64,000 nucleotides of DNA from Calditrichia bacterium (GTDB taxonomy: Bacteria; Calditrichota; Calditrichia; RBG-13-44-9; J075). The position numbers and the translations under genes are program-made. Positions 41,562 through 50,570 of the stretch are shown in pieces (the stretch's first letter is position 1; the number at the start of each line of letters is the position of its first letter). The notes under the pieces were generated by a model. It saw only the letters and a program-made list of their open reading frames with translations. It was not told the DNA's origin and did not search any database. Location: assembly GCA_050633245.1 (NCBI GenBank), contig JBOEGD010000014.1, positions 9,918 through 73,917 on the forward strand, read 5' to 3'.

Positions 41562-42416
41562 ATGAGTGGGTTCTTTTTCGCAGCTCTGACGGCTGTTTTC
41601 TTCGGCCTTCAGAGTAGCTACAGTAAATACGCTGCAAAGGACTTATCTTATCTGGCTCTTACGACAGCAACAATATGTTCTGCCCTTCCGGTTCTCCTCG
41701 CCTATCTTTTCTACAGCGGTATCCCTGATGTAGATGTTCAACCATTTTTACTGGCGACCTTTACCAGCTATGCGTTTAATCTTTTTGCCTTCCCTCTTTT
41801 CTTTCGCGCTATTGTGGTGTCACCGCTTTACTTAACAATGCCGTTTACAGCATTTACCCCGCTTTTTCTGATACCTGTTGCCTGGCTTACCTTGGGAGAA
41901 TTACCAGATAGATCAGGCCTTGCCGGCATCCTTATGATTATTGGAGGCGTTTACGTCATTTATCTTCGCGGGGACTGGTTATCCCCATTTCGCAGCCTGC
42001 TAAATGAGCCCGGCAGTCGCTACATGCTGCTGGTTGCCGTTTTATGGTCTGTTTCCGGAACGGTCGAGAAGAATGCCGTCCTTGCTTCATCTGCTGCGTT
42101 CTATGGAACGGCAGTCCACGTTATGCTGGCCATCAGCTTCGTAGCCTACATGGCGTTTAAACAGCCAAAAGAGCTTAAAAAAATCCGGCTGCATCCACGC
42201 ACCTTAATCATACTCAGCCTGATCTCCGGCTCACTGGTTATCTGCCAACTCACGGCACTTACTCTGCTTCAGGTAAGCTATGTACTTTCATTTAAACGCG
42301 GTGGTATTCTCATCAGCATTTTTCTTGGCTACCTGTTCTTTAGGGAACCCAATCCTGTTAAAAATCTTGCCGGCGGAGCAATTATCGTTGCCGGAGCAAT
42401 CCTTATGATGATTTAG
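41562..42416 (+). CDS. EamA/DMT family transporter
   Basis: About 10 TM segments in two repeats, FTPLF, LGE and LFFRE motifs; ATG at 41562. Confidence 0.85.
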   Translation: MSGFFFAALTAVFFGLQSSYSKYAAKDLSYLALTTATICSALPVLLAYLFYSGIPDVDVQPFLLATFTSYAFNLFAFPLFFRAIVVSPLYLTMPFTAFTPLFLIPVAWLTLGELPDRSGLAGILMIIGGVYVIYLRGDWLSPFRSLLNEPGSRYMLLVAVLWSVSGTVEKNAVLASSAAFYGTAVHVMLAISFVAYMAFKQPKELKKIRLHPRTLIILSLISGSLVICQLTALTLLQVSYVLSFKRGGILISIFLGYLFFREPNPVKNLAGGAIIVAGAILMMI

Positions 42417-42539
42417 ACAATTGTCAATTCGACGATCTCAAATAATAATTCCCGGCCTCAGAGCACAACATTCCAACAAGACTCTACCAACAAGAGCCCT
42501 GAAACTGCCTCAAATACAGCTGAAGACCCTATTTTCTGC

Positions 42540-42568
42540 TTGATTGCCCCTGCATATTTCGATATATT
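42540..42568 (+). promoter_or_regulatory. Sigma70-like promoter
   Basis: TTGATT-N17-TATATT, 46 bp upstream of galT. Confidence 0.5.
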
Positions 42569-42614
42569 TTATACTGTTGTAAAACAAATGGTTAAATGGT
42601 AAAGCATACTGGGA

Positions 42615-43607
42615 ATGCCCGAGCTTCGCAAAGATCCTGTTATTGACCGTTGGGTGTTAATCTCGACGGATAGAAATCGACGGCCTTCCGATTTTGTCGC
42701 TACAATAGCTGAACAAAATCGAAGTTTTTCGCCCTTTTCCCCCGGTAACGAAGCAATGACTCCCCCGGAAATTTTATCTCTGCCAAAAGGCCGCTCTTTA
42801 GACCAGCCGTGGACACTACGAGTCGTACCAAATAAATACCCGGCAATCAAAAATGAGACGTCGCTAAAAGAGACCAAAAACGGCCTTAATCAAATGCTGC
42901 AGGGAGCAGGTTCACATGAGGTAATCATTGAGACACCGCATATGGATCTGCAAACTTCGGAAATGAAGCCGAAAGATCTGGAGAATTTAATTCGAACCTA
43001 CTGCATGCGAATAAAAAGTCATCGTAGGAATGAGAATTTAAAATACGTTCAGATCTTCAAAAATCAGGGACCAACCGCCGGCGCAACATTGCGACATGCC
43101 CACTCTCAATTGCTGGCACTGCCCCGGGTTCCAATGAACGTCAAAAATGAATTGCGAGGCGCAAAACGCTATTTCAAAAAGTATAAGTGCTGCATCTATT
43201 GTGAAATCATAAAGCAAGAAAAATCAGCTGACGTTCGCATCATCTATGAGAATAGTATGTTTATAGCTATTGCGCCCTATGCTTCGCGTTTTTCTCATGA
43301 ATCCTGGATTTTGCCAAAACACCATGAATCGCATTTTGAGAAGATGAACCGGCGGCAGCAAAAAGCTGCGGCGGCAGCACTGAAAGATGTTTTATTGAGA
43401 ATTGACTATGTTTTGCAGAAGCCGGATCTAAACTATGTTCTGCATACGGCACCGCTGCAAAGCAAAAAGCTAAAGCATTATCATTGGCACATAGAAATCA
43501 TCCCGCGAGTAACGCGGATCGCCGGTTTCGAGCTCGGTAGCGGAATTCATATTAATCCAACGAGCCCGGAAGACGCAGCAGCCCAACTGAAGAAGATTAT
43601 TATTTAG
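42615..43607 (+). CDS. galT: GalT-family hexose-1-phosphate nucleotidyltransferase
   Basis: ELRKDP...WV, R..RP, PNKYPA, HEVIIE, FKN.G..AGA and the HAHSQ nucleophile motif. Confidence 0.9.
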   Translation: MPELRKDPVIDRWVLISTDRNRRPSDFVATIAEQNRSFSPFSPGNEAMTPPEILSLPKGRSLDQPWTLRVVPNKYPAIKNETSLKETKNGLNQMLQGAGSHEVIIETPHMDLQTSEMKPKDLENLIRTYCMRIKSHRRNENLKYVQIFKNQGPTAGATLRHAHSQLLALPRVPMNVKNELRGAKRYFKKYKCCIYCEIIKQEKSADVRIIYENSMFIAIAPYASRFSHESWILPKHHESHFEKMNRRQQKAAAAALKDVLLRIDYVLQKPDLNYVLHTAPLQSKKLKHYHWHIEIIPRVTRIAGFELGSGIHINPTSPEDAAAQLKKIII

Positions 43608-43629
43608 AATACACAAGCAAAGGATCAAT

Positions 43630-45111
43630 ATGAATCCGTTGAAAGTATGTTATGTCTCATCAGAAGTAGTTCCCTTCACACCATCCGGTGAGTTGGCATT
43701 TTATTCCAAATCACTACCGGTGGCGCTAAAGGAAATGGATCAGGACATTCGTCTGATGATGCCCAAGTATAAGTCGATTAATGAACGTAAGTTCGTGCTG
43801 CGCGAAGTTATCCGTCTGCGTGAGGTCAACGTTTCCTTAAACGATGATAACAAACCGGCAAATGGTAAAACCGCTTTCCTGCCAAATTCCAAAGTGCATG
43901 TCTACTTTCTTTCCGTTCCTGAATACTTTGATAAAAAGGGCGTGTATAGCGATCCAAAAACCGGAAAAATATATAAAGATAATGCCGAGCGATTCGGCTA
44001 CTTCTGTAAAGGCGTTCTGGAAACGCTAAAGCTTCTCTACTGGCAGCCAGACATTATTCACTGCGGCGGTTGGTCCTCATCACTCATCCCATATTATCTG
44101 AAGAACCATTTTAAAGATGATGAGTTTTTTGCCAATACCCGCACGGTTCTAACAATACACAATTTCCGCGAACAGGGTGAATTTTCGATGAATGTCGCAC
44201 AAAAAATTGGTATTGACGAAGAATTACTCGCTAAAGGACAGCCCTTTGAAGCAAACGGCAAGTTCAATTTTCTGAAAGGCGGTCTGCACTACGCCGACGT
44301 TATAAATACAGTAAGTGAAGATTACTGCGCATCAATTACCGACAATCCGAAGACAAAGGTATTTGGATTAGAAGAAGCTCTTGCCGGTCGAAAGAAAGAC
44401 TTTTACGGTATAGCTAATGGTACCAGTTATGGCATCTGGAATCCTGAAACCGATGCTCACTTACCACAGACGTTCGATTCAAAAAGCCTAGACCTGAAAT
44501 CTGAAAGTAAGCAGGAACTTCGCGAAGAGCTTCAACTCCCGGAAGAAAATCTACCCATTATCGGCTTTGTAAGCGGAATTGAAGAAGACTCCGGACTAGA
44601 TCTATTTATGGAATCTCTGGATGATTTGCTCAAGCAAAAACTTCAGCTCGTTGTTGGTGGAATCTCTGACGAGAAGCTTGTAGAATCTCTACAAAAGATT
44701 GCCAAGAAACATCCCGAGAAGATGGCTGTTATCGAAACAATGGATAAGTCGACACATCACCTGCTTACTGCCGCCGCAGACATTATGCTTTTCCCAACCC
44801 CAATAGCCGGAGGTGGAAACTATCACCTAAGCTGCATGAAATATGGCACAGTTCCTGTCGCACACGCTGTTGGCGCACTGGCAGATGCTGTTAAGCCATT
44901 CGACGGTGAAACGGGAAAAGGGAACGGTTTTACCTTTGACGCATATAAAAAGGCGCCGTTCTTAAAAGCTATTAAAACAGCACTAAAAGCGCAGACGGAC
45001 GAAAAATTATGGGCAAAGGCTCAAAAAAACGGTATGCGTCAGGATTTCTCCTGGGAAAACACTGCCAAGAAATATCAAAAGCTATATGAAAAAGCGCTCA
45101 AGAAGAAATAA
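43630..45111 (+). CDS. Glycogen synthase (GT5)-fold protein with degenerate catalytic motifs
   Basis: SSEVVPF, DNAERF, PDIIH, TIHN..QG, TVS..Y, WNPETD and YGTVP....G.L.D give a full GlgA scaffold, but the KxGG, RxxxxKG and EPCG motifs are absent. Confidence 0.85.
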   Translation: MNPLKVCYVSSEVVPFTPSGELAFYSKSLPVALKEMDQDIRLMMPKYKSINERKFVLREVIRLREVNVSLNDDNKPANGKTAFLPNSKVHVYFLSVPEYFDKKGVYSDPKTGKIYKDNAERFGYFCKGVLETLKLLYWQPDIIHCGGWSSSLIPYYLKNHFKDDEFFANTRTVLTIHNFREQGEFSMNVAQKIGIDEELLAKGQPFEANGKFNFLKGGLHYADVINTVSEDYCASITDNPKTKVFGLEEALAGRKKDFYGIANGTSYGIWNPETDAHLPQTFDSKSLDLKSESKQELREELQLPEENLPIIGFVSGIEEDSGLDLFMESLDDLLKQKLQLVVGGISDEKLVESLQKIAKKHPEKMAVIETMDKSTHHLLTAAADIMLFPTPIAGGGNYHLSCMKYGTVPVAHAVGALADAVKPFDGETGKGNGFTFDAYKKAPFLKAIKTALKAQTDEKLWAKAQKNGMRQDFSWENTAKKYQKLYEKALKKK

Positions 45112-45115
45112 AGTT

Positions 45116-46201
45116 ATGTTCAGACTATTTAAACTTTCAACAACTTTGGTTGTTTCGATATTGCTATTTGCTTGCGGTTCGAGTGACAAAAAACAGGCAT
45201 CAAAATCAATTCCGGAACCTGCCAGAAAGGCAACGGTAGGCGAGAAAGCTCCTATCCAGAGCTTCTCACCTCAGAAGACAGATTACAGCGGCTACTATGT
45301 TGGAACAATTAATTCCAACTTTCCTGTGCAAATGGAGCTGACTCTTACCGGAGATTCAGCAGCCCTGGCTGGTAGCTACTACTACGAATCCTCTGCCAAA
45401 CCACTTTCGCTTCGCGGCAAGCTGACCTCAAAGGCGTTGACGATTACCGAGACCAATCACGAAGCTGTCAAGACCGGCTCGTTTAATGGACAGCTTACGG
45501 CGCCAAACCGCTTTGAGGGCGTTTGGAAAAACAGCAGTGGTAAAAAGAATCTTCCCTTTGGCCTAAAACGGGTCGCATCCTATCAAGCAAAGCAGGAAGC
45601 AGCGGCAAAAGCATCTACCCGGAGCATTATTCCAACCTTTTTAAGCAAATCACGACCACTTGGGAATTTGAATGAAACGTTGAAGGCCGAGGCCGTTAAG
45701 CGTAGTCAGGAATTTTTGAAAAATGGCGAAGAGTTTGCCGTTTCGAAGAATAGCGTTGGTTGGGAGATGAGTCAGGACTGCAAGATCACCTTCTATTCGG
45801 AAGAGCTAATAAGTCTGATGACCACGATCTATGAATACAGTGGTGGTGCGCACGGTAATACGGGGTATTCAACAAATACTTATCGTGTAAGTGGAGAAAA
45901 GCTGATAGACGTGTCACTGGCAGATTTGTTCGTCAAAAACTCAAATTATCTTCAGACACTGTCCAAACTGGTTGTCAACGAGTTAAAAAAACAAAACGCC
46001 CCGGAAGTCGTCTCGGGACGCATAGCAACGTTTAATGCAGAAGATCTGAAGAACTTCTTTCTTACCAGCAAATCTATTAAGTTTGTATTTGAGCCCTATG
46101 CCGTTGGCCCTTATGCGGCAGGCACCTACTTTGCCGAAATTCCGTATGGTCAACTGAATGCGATCATCAACGCAGACGGCCCGCTAAAACCGCTTTTGTA
46201 A
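45116..46201 (+). CDS. Lipoprotein with DUF4163/DUF3298 (RsiV/PdaC-like) domains
   Basis: Lipobox LFAC; Y.GTI and G.YYY N-domain; YSGGAHG and F.PYAVGPYAAG motifs. Confidence 0.85.
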   Translation: MFRLFKLSTTLVVSILLFACGSSDKKQASKSIPEPARKATVGEKAPIQSFSPQKTDYSGYYVGTINSNFPVQMELTLTGDSAALAGSYYYESSAKPLSLRGKLTSKALTITETNHEAVKTGSFNGQLTAPNRFEGVWKNSSGKKNLPFGLKRVASYQAKQEAAAKASTRSIIPTFLSKSRPLGNLNETLKAEAVKRSQEFLKNGEEFAVSKNSVGWEMSQDCKITFYSEELISLMTTIYEYSGGAHGNTGYSTNTYRVSGEKLIDVSLADLFVKNSNYLQTLSKLVVNELKKQNAPEVVSGRIATFNAEDLKNFFLTSKSIKFVFEPYAVGPYAAGTYFAEIPYGQLNAIINADGPLKPLL

Positions 46202-46211
46202 CGTTGAGACA

Positions 46212-46266
46212 TACCGTGGGTCGTAGTACCGTGGGTCGTAGTACCGTGGGTTGTAACCCACGGTAC
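46212..46266. repeat. GTAG-type REP-like palindrome with tandem half-copies
   Basis: TACCGTGGGTCGTAG x2, then the perfect hairpin GTACCGTGGGTT-gt-AACCCACGGTAC, between convergent genes. Confidence 0.85.
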
Positions 46267-46285
46267 GCACAATTATCATCTAAGC

Positions 46286-47347
46286 CTACAAGAACTCCAG
46301 ATATTGCCCCTCGTTTTCCGGTAGCACCTCACCAATAATAGCCGAAGCAGGATTTCCTGCAGCAACTAATTGCTCAACTGCCTGTGCAGCTTCATCAGCT
46401 GGCAAAGCAACTAATAGTCCACCGCTGGTTTGTGGATCATATACGATTTCCTGATGCCAGGCCGGTAGCTCGCGCCCAAAACGAAGGTAGCTTTTCACCA
46501 TCTCCTCATTGAAACGATTTACTCCGGTATTCATGCCTTTTTCATACATCGCAAGTGCAGAATCCATTGTGGGAAGCGCATTCAAATCGATGGATAGCAT
46601 GGCATTCGAACCACGCGCCATTTCCAAACCATGCCCGGCTAAACCAAAGCCGGTAACATCGGTAGCAGCATGCACGTGAAACGATTGCAATACTTGGGCT
46701 GCGGCGCGGTTCAACAGCGTAACACTGGCAAGACAGGCCTTCATCGCTTCATCGCTAACCCAATTTTTCAGGTTCGCATTAAATAAAACTCCACTACCAA
46801 TGGCCTTGGTTAAAATTAACGCGTCGCCCGGTTTTGCCCCGGTATTTCGCCAGATTTTTTGCGGATGCACAATGCCATTCACCGACAGTCCAAACTTCGG
46901 CTCTTCGTCTTCGGTAGTATGTCCACCTGCCAAAACGGCTCCGGCTTCGGTTATCTTACTTAATGCGCCTTCGACAATACCGAGCAGTATTTCCGGCCCT
47001 AGTCGGGTTGACGGAAAGCCAATAAGATTCAGCGCGCTGATCGGTTTACCACCCATCGCGTAGACGTCACTGATTGCATTCGCAGCGCCAATCTGCCCAA
47101 AGAGGTACGGATCATCTACCGGCGGCGTAATAAAGTCTGCAGTGGTGACAATAGCCGTTTCATCGTCGATGCGATAAACACCCGCGTCATCACTGGTTTC
47201 ATATCCAACCAGCAGATTCTCATCCTGCTTTTTCGGCAACTTGGCCAATAATTCTCCCAGCCCGACCGGACTGATTTTAGCCGCTCAACCGCAGGTTTTT
47301 GCGAGACTTGTAAGAGTATGTTTTCGACGCAGGTTTAGTATTGACAC
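46286..47347 (-). CDS. selD: Selenide, water dikinase; selenoprotein (Sec21)
   Basis: GTG at 47347 gives MSILNLRRKHTLTSLAKTCG-U(TGA 47287-47285)-AAKISP in frame with DDAGVY, DFITP, NAISDVYAMGG, GGHT, TDVTGFGL.GH and DPQTSGGLL. Confidence 0.95.
47258..47273 (-). promoter_or_regulatory. Bacterial SECIS element
   Basis: CAGUCC-GGUC-GGGCUG hairpin beginning 11 nt downstream of the in-frame UGA. Confidence 0.8.
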
Positions 47348-47460
47348 GTGAACTTCCGAAATAGTGATTGTTAACGATACAAATTCGATTTACTATTTAG
47401 CTGGTTAAAAAATACAGGTCTTCAACTCACAAAAGCAACCCCTAGTTTGGAAGGTTCAGC

Positions 47461-48027
47461 ATGGAATATTTTGAAAATGAAAAAAATGCTCGCGACTATA
47501 TCAAAATGTGCGAAGGCTATGATGGGCAAGAACTGGTTGAACTTCTGCGGCAGCACCTTCCAGATCAGTCTACTTTGCTGGAACTCGGCATTGGACCGGG
47601 AACAGACTTTGAGATCCTCAAAAATCACTATCGCGTAACGGGATCAGATTTCTCTTCAACCTTTCTTAAGCTTTATCACGAAAAGGATCCGGAGGCCAAT
47701 CTCATTCAGCTGGATGCCGTTACAATGGCAACTGAGCAATTATTCGATGGCATCTACTCCAATAAAGTGTTGCATCATCTATCGAGAGAAGATCTTAAAA
47801 CTTCACTGGCAAATCAATACAACAGGTTAAATGAGAATGGTATTCTGCTACACTCTTTCTGGCATGGCAACAAGGAAGAAACGCATCATGGGATGCGATT
47901 TATTTATTATACAGAAGAGCAACTAAGCAGGCTCTTTCAACCTCAATTCACTATTTTATACATGGCGCGGTACTCGGAAATGGATGAGCAGGATTCAGTG
48001 GTGCTGATTGCTAAAAGGAACCAGTAA
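47461..48027 (+). CDS. Class I SAM-dependent methyltransferase
   Basis: LELGIGPG, GSDFS and FDGIYSNKVLHHL motifs. Confidence 0.88.
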   Translation: MEYFENEKNARDYIKMCEGYDGQELVELLRQHLPDQSTLLELGIGPGTDFEILKNHYRVTGSDFSSTFLKLYHEKDPEANLIQLDAVTMATEQLFDGIYSNKVLHHLSREDLKTSLANQYNRLNENGILLHSFWHGNKEETHHGMRFIYYTEEQLSRLFQPQFTILYMARYSEMDEQDSVVLIAKRNQ

Positions 48028-48028
48028 T

Positions 48029-49204
48029 ATGATACGAGAAAAGATTGAGCAGGCTGGCACCATCTTAAAAGAATTGGATATTGATTGCTGGCTGATCTTC
48101 CTGCGCGAAACATTGGTCACTCCAGACCCGATACAATCCTACGTAGTGGGCGCTGATGTGACCTGGGAATCTGCCTTTATCTTAACCGCCTCCGGACAGA
48201 GCATAGCCATTGTCGGCAGTCTGGATGCTGGTGAACTGCAAGAGCAACGCAACTTTGGACAAATTATCACTTATGTAGAAGGGATTCGCCAAACTCTTCT
48301 GGAAACCCTGCTACAGATAAATCCCAATAAAATTGCCGTGAACTATTCCGAGAGTATTCCAGCCGCTGACGGCCTGACTCACGGTATGCGACTAAAGTTG
48401 GAAGAGTATCTGAAAGAAACCGATCTCGCAAAACGCATTGTGAGTGCCGAGCCGGTTATTACACGCCTGCGCGGGCGCAAAACAGTATCGGAGAAGCAGG
48501 CCATGCAGCAGGCGATCGCTGAAACACTGGATATTTTTGCCGTTGCTGCTAATGCGATTCAACCCGGCAAAACAGAGTTGGATATTGCTAAAATTGTCCA
48601 GCAGGAAATGGATGATGCCGGTTTGGAACCAGCGTGGAGTCGCGCAATGTGTCCGGCAGTATTTACCGGCCCGGATACTGCTATTGCACACGCTGCTCCA
48701 ACTGAACGCATCATTGAAGCAGGTCATATTATCAACATGGATTTTGGCGTTAAAATTAATGGCTACTGCGCAGATCTACAGCGAAGCTGGTATGTTCGCC
48801 ATGCGGACGAGAAGACAGCACCTGACGCGGTACAGCATGGTTTCGACACATTGATTGCTGCCATCACGCTTGGTGCAGAACATATGAGAACCGGTGCTAT
48901 CGGTAAAGATATTGATACTGTTGTCCGCGAGTATCTAATAGCTAATGGCTACGAGGGTTATCCGCACGGCTTGGGGCATCAGCTTGGCCGGGTTGCGCAT
49001 GATGGTGGTGCACTCGTGGCTCCTGCCTGGGAGCGCTATGGTAATACGCCGTTCATTCCGCTGGAGGCCGGACAGATCTTTACCATCGAGCCTCGCCTAA
49101 CTGTTAAAGGGCATGGTGTTGTGACCATCGAGGAAGAAGTGCTAATTACCGATTCTGGTGCCGAATTTCTTTCACCTCGCCAACATAAAATATGGCTTCG
49201 CTAG
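48029..49204 (+). CDS. M24 Xaa-Pro aminopeptidase family protein
   Basis: DFG...GYCAD.QR, HGLGHQLG..AHD, TIEP and IEE motifs; ATG at 48029. Confidence 0.92.
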   Translation: MIREKIEQAGTILKELDIDCWLIFLRETLVTPDPIQSYVVGADVTWESAFILTASGQSIAIVGSLDAGELQEQRNFGQIITYVEGIRQTLLETLLQINPNKIAVNYSESIPAADGLTHGMRLKLEEYLKETDLAKRIVSAEPVITRLRGRKTVSEKQAMQQAIAETLDIFAVAANAIQPGKTELDIAKIVQQEMDDAGLEPAWSRAMCPAVFTGPDTAIAHAAPTERIIEAGHIINMDFGVKINGYCADLQRSWYVRHADEKTAPDAVQHGFDTLIAAITLGAEHMRTGAIGKDIDTVVREYLIANGYEGYPHGLGHQLGRVAHDGGALVAPAWERYGNTPFIPLEAGQIFTIEPRLTVKGHGVVTIEEEVLITDSGAEFLSPRQHKIWLR

Positions 49205-49217
49205 AAATGGTCTCCGA

Positions 49218-49973
49218 ATGCTTAAACTACATATTCTCACATTAAAGATACGCTGGCGGGCATTTTTACAGCGAATGCGCGACCGACTTCGCAGCTTACG
49301 TAGCGGATTTTCACCCTGGTTGTTTGCCCTGAGCACGCTTTACACCATCTTTAAATATGCACTACTTCTGACGGCACCATTTATTGTGCTGATACGAGGC
49401 GGTGTCTATTTATATGAAGCGTGGTACCTGCCACATTGGCTGGCATTGCTGGGGGGAGTCTTACTCTCTGCTCTCTTGCTCTTCATCTACTTAACCTGGA
49501 TTTACGGAAGCGTTGCCGGACGCATTGGCTCACAAACTGCACTTACGACCCGCTATGCGATCGTCTTGTTATTTGTATTGGGTTACGCGTTGAACGGTTT
49601 GCTCTTCCTGGCAGATGGAAATGCCAAGCATCCGGCGGTACAAGAAGAATACAATAGCCTACATCCCATTCTACGACTGGGAATCGGCACGATTGTCTTT
49701 TTTGATGAAGGGGTGGTAATCACAGATGCGAATCGAAAACCGGAAGATTACAAGCAGATGGGCTTACCTACCAAGTCCCGCTCGCTTCATTACAAGCAAA
49801 GCAGCGGCTACTCACATGCTATTGACATTCGCGTGAACGACCGTGGATTCTTCCGTAATGCTATAACAAAGGGCTATTTCAACTTGATGGGATTCAATAC
49901 GCTGCGCCACGGGGGAACGGCAGATCATCTTCATGTATCACTCTCGAGTAGGGATATTCCTGGCGGGATTTAG
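49218..49973 (+). CDS. 3-TM membrane protein with C-terminal M15/LAS-like zinc motif
   Basis: Three hydrophobic helices followed by ITDANR...SLH...AIDIR...HLHV. Confidence 0.7.
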   Translation: MLKLHILTLKIRWRAFLQRMRDRLRSLRSGFSPWLFALSTLYTIFKYALLLTAPFIVLIRGGVYLYEAWYLPHWLALLGGVLLSALLLFIYLTWIYGSVAGRIGSQTALTTRYAIVLLFVLGYALNGLLFLADGNAKHPAVQEEYNSLHPILRLGIGTIVFFDEGVVITDANRKPEDYKQMGLPTKSRSLHYKQSSGYSHAIDIRVNDRGFFRNAITKGYFNLMGFNTLRHGGTADHLHVSLSSRDIPGGI

Positions 49974-49999
49974 TCAGAAGTGAGAAGTGCAGTTCTGCC

Positions 50000-50494
50000 T
50001 TATTCTAGCCGAAATTGCTGCGACTGAAACGGATTGCTACTATCATAATCGACGTCATTCGTAATATCCAAGAAACCGAGCGTCATTCGTGAACGGCCGT
50101 CTTCCGTTGATTCAACAAGAACAACAAAGTCATGCTGTAATCCTCCAGATAGAACGCCTCCTTCATCATTCAAAATGTAATCAACAGACTCGCCGTTCGG
50201 CAGCTCTACCTCTACAAAAAACGGTTGATCCCATATAATATCCGGCTGTGGAGAACTAATCGAAAAGCATACTTCAAAAACATAACCTTCAATCGGCCCC
50301 TGTATTCGTCGCCCCGGATAACTTCGAAGCACGGTAGCTGAGATGCCATACAGGGTGTCAACACAAGCAGCTTCAATAGAATTTAATGTAAAGGGATAGA
50401 ATGATGAAGACCACGGGTCTTCCGGGTCGATCTGTTGCTTCACGCTGCTGCAGGAGCCAAACAGCACAATTGTCAATGGGATTAGCCAACGCAT
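50000..50494 (-). CDS. Hypothetical lipoprotein
   Basis: Short signal peptide with lipobox FGSC. Confidence 0.7.
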   Translation of the reverse strand: MRWLIPLTIVLFGSCSSVKQQIDPEDPWSSSFYPFTLNSIEAACVDTLYGISATVLRSYPGRRIQGPIEGYVFEVCFSISSPQPDIIWDQPFFVEVELPNGESVDYILNDEGGVLSGGLQHDFVVLVESTEDGRSRMTLGFLDITNDVDYDSSNPFQSQQFRLE

Positions 50495-50570
50495 AACAAT
50501 TCATCATAACCTTTTTTAAACAACAAAAGCAAGAGTAAAACCTTCCTTACCTTACTGCCTTACTGCCTTC

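Noticed and set aside
46212-46266. Possible mini-CRISPR
   Set aside because: The repeats are contiguous with no spacers; a REP-like element explains them.
46286-47248. selD as a truncated 320-aa protein or pseudogene
   Set aside because: The upstream UGA is at the catalytic position and is followed by a SECIS-like hairpin.
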